Shown here piece by piece: positions 16,103 through 20,000 of a stretch of DNA of 20,000 nucleotides. The stretch lies in IMG/VR virus record IMGVR_UViG_2684622556_000001; one strand, 5' to 3'. This DNA comes from an uncultured virus (IMG/VR IMGVR_UViG_2684622556_000001). Lineage: Duplodnaviria; Heunggongvirae; Uroviricota; Caudoviricetes. Within the stretch, counting starts at the first letter, position 1; each line of letters opens with the position of its first letter. The notes beneath the pieces are model-generated. The model was not told the origin of the DNA and did not search any database. It saw only the letters and a list, made by a program, of their open reading frames with translations. The translations under genes were made by a program, and so were the position numbers.

Positions 16103-16747
16103 CTAGGCCCAGTCGTCCTTTAGCGGGTTCGGTCGATTGATCGCCGTGTCCATGTCGTCTGGATCGCCCTGCTCGCACCATGCAACGGTGCTAACCGGAC
16201 GAGCCACCTGGTCCATGGGGCCACCAGCTCGCAACAGTTCACGGCACGACCCGCACAGCGCCACGACCACAATCACCAGGCCCCGCTGGTACGCCCAGAG
16301 CTTGGAGTGATCGCCTTTCTCGCAATGCCGTGAAAGCAGCGCGCCGCAACCGCGGATCGGTGAAGAGTCGCCTAGCATCCGGTGTTCGGCAACGCGCACG
16401 TAGTGGCTTAGTTGGGCGACCTCGTTGATCTCCAGCGGAACCACCTGGCACACCACCTCAAACCGCGCGGCATCTTCGGCGTGCACAAGACCGGTGAGAA
16501 ATGAGGTGTCCCTGGGGGTTTCTCCTAGTACGTCTAGCCTGCGCTGGAATGCGTTCCACGTTTCCGCGCCGAATGCACGCTCTAGATGATTCGGGTTGGC
16601 TAGGAGCTCATCGGTTTCGCACAGACTGTCGGCTATCGCCTCCGCCCGCGCGTTGATATCAGACCAGTCGTCGGGGTCTATTGGCGGTGCTCCGGCGACG
16701 GCCAACAGCTGGTTTGGCCGATGCCAAGGCCTGAGCTTGCCGCTCAC
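16103..16747 (-). CDS. Hypothetical protein with C-terminal Cys cluster
   Basis: GTGA overlap with the xis-like gene; C..HC...CGSC motif. Confidence 0.65.
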   Translation of the reverse strand: MSGKLRPWHRPNQLLAVAGAPPIDPDDWSDINARAEAIADSLCETDELLANPNHLERAFGAETWNAFQRRLDVLGETPRDTSFLTGLVHAEDAARFEVVCQVVPLEINEVAQLSHYVRVAEHRMLGDSSPIRGCGALLSRHCEKGDHSKLWAYQRGLVIVVVALCGSCRELLRAGGPMDQVARPVSTVAWCEQGDPDDMDTAINRPNPLKDDWA

Positions 16748-16974
16748 AGTGACTCCACCAGCTTGTCAAGATCGGCAACACGCCAGTACGCCTTCTTGCC
16801 GATCACCTTGGGTTTGGGCAGCTGGCCGGTCTTGTAGGCGTAGCCCTTCAGAGTCTCGAAGGTGACCGCCTCAAACCCTTTGTTTCGCAGGTAGGCAACG
16901 GCCTTTGCCTTGCTTACCCATTCGGTTTGCCCCGCTGGGGTGTCGCCCTGGGGCGGATGGGTGGATATAGACAT
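16744..16974 (-). CDS. Excisionase/AlpA-like winged-helix DNA-binding protein
   Basis: WVSKAKAVAYL...TLKGYAYKTGQLPKPKVIGKKAYWRVADLDKLV; GGAG RBS before ATG 16974. Confidence 0.75.
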   Translation of the reverse strand: MSISTHPPQGDTPAGQTEWVSKAKAVAYLRNKGFEAVTFETLKGYAYKTGQLPKPKVIGKKAYWRVADLDKLVESL

Positions 16975-17845
16975 CTTGGTCGTCTCCGTTTCCTGTTGTG
17001 TCCGTTGATGATTCGCGGTTTCAAGGTCCGCGTTAACTACCATAGCCGACGCGAGCGCCGCTGTCCGACACCGATTTACGCTCAGATCGGCCCTCCTAGC
17101 TGCATCGATGCCATACAGGGGCTGCAAAGGCGGGGTGTGCCAGTTCCGCCTGAATCGACCCGCTGTCGTTTGCTGGCGCGATAGGCCTCGAAACCCTATG
17201 GGGCCAGATTGAGTGGGCGGCATCGAACTAACCGACTCCCGTGGAGCCGGTTGGCCCTGCGCGGGCATCCCTCAGCCGTGCGGGCGGTTCGGGCCAGCTG
17301 CAGACCCTCGACGCGCGGGGCTCGACCGGCTCTGGTTGCCTCAGCCATGCAAGCGGCCACCCCGACTGTCGCGTGGGACGCAGCCGACCCGCCTCGACGG
17401 GTGTGCCGTGCCCCGTTAGGGGTGCGGCCCTACTGCCGTGACATACGCACCCAAACGCAAACAGACGTCCACGTGCTCACCGTGACGCTGCCTGTCTTGC
17501 GCACCCACCCGGCGGGCAAGCGGATGTGACTGTGCAGTCTTCCCGGACCGGGTGTATTGCGAGCTGGCGCTACTTGGTTGGTGGGCCGTCACTGCCTGCA
17601 TGACTCAACTTTGAGTATCGAAAGCCTTAGTGTGACAACTGGCATGGCGCGAAGTGCACGAGCGGCCGGAACGTTCTGGCGGCATAATGTGTCCTAACCC
17701 CTTGCCGGGCACGGCGGTTGGCCTAGTCTTGCAACAAGATGCGGCAGCGCAGTCGGCACCTAGCGCGGGCGCAGGATGGATTCAGTCCCGGTACTGCGCC
17801 CGCGAGCCTGGTGTTTCCCAAGACACTTGGCCCAAAGGCGACAAA

Positions 17846-19024
17846 ATGACTTCCACACATAATTTCTCGCGAGCTGATCACTCGCACGAAGCGTTCCCTA
17901 TTCCTCCTTTCGGCTTTGAGGGCGGCTACGGCACCGAGGGTGACGCTCTCCCTCGGGTCACCGAAACTGCTGACGGCACGGACCTCAACCGCGTCTGGGA
18001 CGACTTCCAACGAACACTGGAGGAGTGGAACAACAGCGCATCGAGCCTGGCGGGATTGCTTTCATACTGGCACACCAACGTTGCCGACTCGATCCCTAAG
18101 GGGTTCAACCGCAACACCTTCGAGAGGGCCTCGGAATTCGGTGAGCCCGAAGCGCTACGGCCCGGTAGCTATGAACTGGTCGGCTACGACTTCGAGGACT
18201 ACGACCGGGCAACACGCTTCACCTGGAAAGCACTGCGAGACATGGATGCCCGCCAGGTTCGCGCAAGCCACAACGAGGCGCTCAACGAAGACAGTCGCTT
18301 GGTCACCAGCACTATCTTGCGGAGGCTGTTCGACCCTGTCGCCACGACCAACGAAAGTGCTACGCCGGTCTATGGCCTGTACAACGCTGACGGCATGGAG
18401 CCCGCGCCTTTTGCCGGCCAAACCTTCAACGGAACTCACAGCCACTACATCGCCTCCGGTTCCGCCACCATCGACAGCGGCGACGTGGAATCCACCATCA
18501 AGCTGGTGAAGGAACACGGTTTCGGTCTGCCCGAGTCGGGGCAAACCTTGCTGCTGCTGTGCCACCCCGCAGAGGCCGAGGTTGTCATGTCCTGGGCCAA
18601 GGGTACGGAGACCGCCACTGACGTTTTCGCCAAATACGATGCAATCCCTAGCGTTGGCGCTCCTGCATTCGAGATCAGCGGACAAATCGTCGGTCGGCAG
18701 GCACCCGACAACTTCAACGGTGTTCCGATCATCGGGAGCTACGGACCTGTCCTCGTGGTGGAGTCGTATTTCGTACCGCTGCACTACTTCGCGGTCGTCG
18801 CCACCAGTGGGCCCAACAGCCCTAACAACGCTATCGGGGTTCGCGAGCACATCAACTCGGCTTACCGCGGCCTGCGCCAGATTCCGGGCAACGTCAGTGG
18901 CTATCCGCTGCAAGACAGCTTCTACACGCGCGGTTTCGGCGTCGGTACGCGCTGGCGCGGTGCGGCTGCGGTATGCCAGGTCACGGCCAGCTCCAACTAC
19001 ACGGCACCGACGATTACCGCCTAA
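17846..19024 (+). CDS. Major capsid protein-like (probable HK97 fold)
   Basis: Resembles actinophage capsid proteins by recall (TEGD...TADGTDLN..W, FERASEFGEP, GYDFEDYD.ATRFTWK, RGFGVGTRWRGAAAV); 392 aa from ATG 17846 with AAAGG upstream. Confidence 0.7.
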   Translation: MTSTHNFSRADHSHEAFPIPPFGFEGGYGTEGDALPRVTETADGTDLNRVWDDFQRTLEEWNNSASSLAGLLSYWHTNVADSIPKGFNRNTFERASEFGEPEALRPGSYELVGYDFEDYDRATRFTWKALRDMDARQVRASHNEALNEDSRLVTSTILRRLFDPVATTNESATPVYGLYNADGMEPAPFAGQTFNGTHSHYIASGSATIDSGDVESTIKLVKEHGFGLPESGQTLLLLCHPAEAEVVMSWAKGTETATDVFAKYDAIPSVGAPAFEISGQIVGRQAPDNFNGVPIIGSYGPVLVVESYFVPLHYFAVVATSGPNSPNNAIGVREHINSAYRGLRQIPGNVSGYPLQDSFYTRGFGVGTRWRGAAAVCQVTASSNYTAPTITA

Positions 19025-19045
19025 TGCGGCTAGGAGATAGGCACC

Positions 19046-19255
19046 ATGCGCAGATCAACGGGAGTGAGTCCTAATCCGAAACCCGCAGACCCTGACCGGC
19101 TGGATCCCATCGGCGCGGCCTACCGCCGAGCCGACACGGAAGGAAGCGAGTACAGCTGGGGTGCGGGCCTGGCTCCATCGGGGCTTGAGAACGGAGGTCC
19201 GGCCGAGGGCGGCAGATACCACACTCGTGTACCCGGTCGGAAGATTCGGGATTAG
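19046..19255 (+). CDS. Small hypothetical protein downstream of the capsid-like gene
   Basis: AGGAG RBS; starts 21 nt after the capsid-like stop, same strand; Gly/Pro-rich. Confidence 0.55.
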   Translation: MRRSTGVSPNPKPADPDRLDPIGAAYRRADTEGSEYSWGAGLAPSGLENGGPAEGGRYHTRVPGRKIRD

Positions 19256-19337
19256 CTCGCGCCTTTCGAGGACATTCACCCGCCGGAGACCGGCGAAAGA
19301 ATCACAAGACAACAGATCAAGACTCAAACGACTGAGG

Positions 19338-20000
19338 CTACTGCTGATTGCCGGTCTGTTTACGGGACTGCGCGGCCTGTTGAGCCTGCGAGATAACCGC
19401 CGGTGATTGATAGACATCGTTCAAGATCTCACCCATCAGCTGTATCACTAGCTTTGACTCCTCAGCACTGATCGGGTTCACGAAGTCTCCGTGCGCCATC
19501 TCATTGCCCAGTTCCCGGACACCGTGGGCAGCATCCTTGATGACTGCCCGAATCAATCCGGCGGTTGCGAGCGCCTCGATCTTGTCGTAAAGCCTGCCCT
19601 TGGTAATGCCTTTGTCCTTGGCCGTGGCCTCGATCACGGCCCGGGCAAGCATGATCGCGCCGCGATAGTGCTCGTTGCTGTGACATTCGTAGGCTTCCGT
19701 GGCGGCTTCGCCAATGTGATTGGGAACATGCGGGTAATCCGTCGTCTCGGTTATCGAAGGGCGCCAGCGGAGCTCATCGCCGCGCACGGACTCTACGAAC
19801 TGATAAAGCGGGACGGACAGTCCTCCTGGATTTCGGAAGGGGAATAATGCAACTGAGATGCCACGGCAAATCGAGCACTCGTAGGCGGCAGTTGCTAGTT
19901 GTTCCGGCCTAACACCTGCTTCTGGGCCGACAAACCGTGCTTCTCCGACAAGGTTGTGTCCGGTGTTGGCTTTGCACAGCCAACAAACGTGGTTTGGCAT
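19338..20000 (-). CDS. DUF4145 (HEPN-related) protein with N-terminal Zn ribbon; start may lie at or beyond the window edge
   Basis: CWLC...CSIC; YRGAIMLARAVIE...LYDKIEAL...VRELGNEMAH. Confidence 0.8.
   Translation of the reverse strand: MPNHVCWLCKANTGHNLVGEARFVGPEAGVRPEQLATAAYECSICRGISVALFPFRNPGGLSVPLYQFVESVRGDELRWRPSITETTDYPHVPNHIGEAATEAYECHSNEHYRGAIMLARAVIEATAKDKGITKGRLYDKIEALATAGLIRAVIKDAAHGVRELGNEMAHGDFVNPISAEESKLVIQLMGEILNDVYQSPAVISQAQQAAQSRKQTGNQQ

Larger units (their letters stand above)
8179..20000. mobile_element. Integrative phage-satellite-like element (right end outside the window)
   Basis: Own tyrosine integrase, xis/AlpA-like, helicase-like, TerS-like and capsid-like genes plus cargo; no tail, portal, TerL or lysis genes in the window. 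Confidence 0.7.

Noticed and set aside
16975..17268. N-terminal extension of the 174-aa ORF 16744..17268
   Set aside because: The recognisable xis-like domain and an RBS start at ATG 16974; the extension looks like non-coding read-through
17654..17845. N-terminal 64 aa of the 456-aa capsid ORF
   Set aside because: Better RBS and start at 17846; the upstream part has no protein-like features, though the start is not proven
1..20000. CRISPR array, IS element or reverse-transcriptase system
   Set aside because: No regularly spaced repeats, transposase or RT motifs were seen

Overview
GC-rich actinobacterial DNA, most likely Mycobacterium, containing two adjacent mobile elements. (1) Positions 1-8178 are the right end of a temperate prophage: lysin A, holin, lysin B, small accessory genes (several with leaderless-type promoters), a metallophosphoesterase, membrane proteins, a terminator and a tyrosine integrase. 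The prophage ends at a duplicated 3' half of tRNA-Leu(TAA), the att core. (2) From about 8179 to beyond 20000 lies a second integrative element with the layout of a phage satellite. It carries cargo (HEPN-like protein, bactofilin-like plus membrane protein pair), a coupled serine recombinase / small ORF / tyrosine integrase unit, an HGGxSTG-type terminase-small-subunit-like gene, a long inverted repeat (candidate origin) next to a P-loop helicase-like gene, an excisionase/AlpA-like gene, a long intergenic region, a solitary major-capsid-like gene and a DUF4145-like gene. Short arm-type-like repeats on both sides of the tRNA remnant suggest both elements are integrated in tandem at the same tRNA. 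All protein calls come from motif recognition by eye; no database searches were run.
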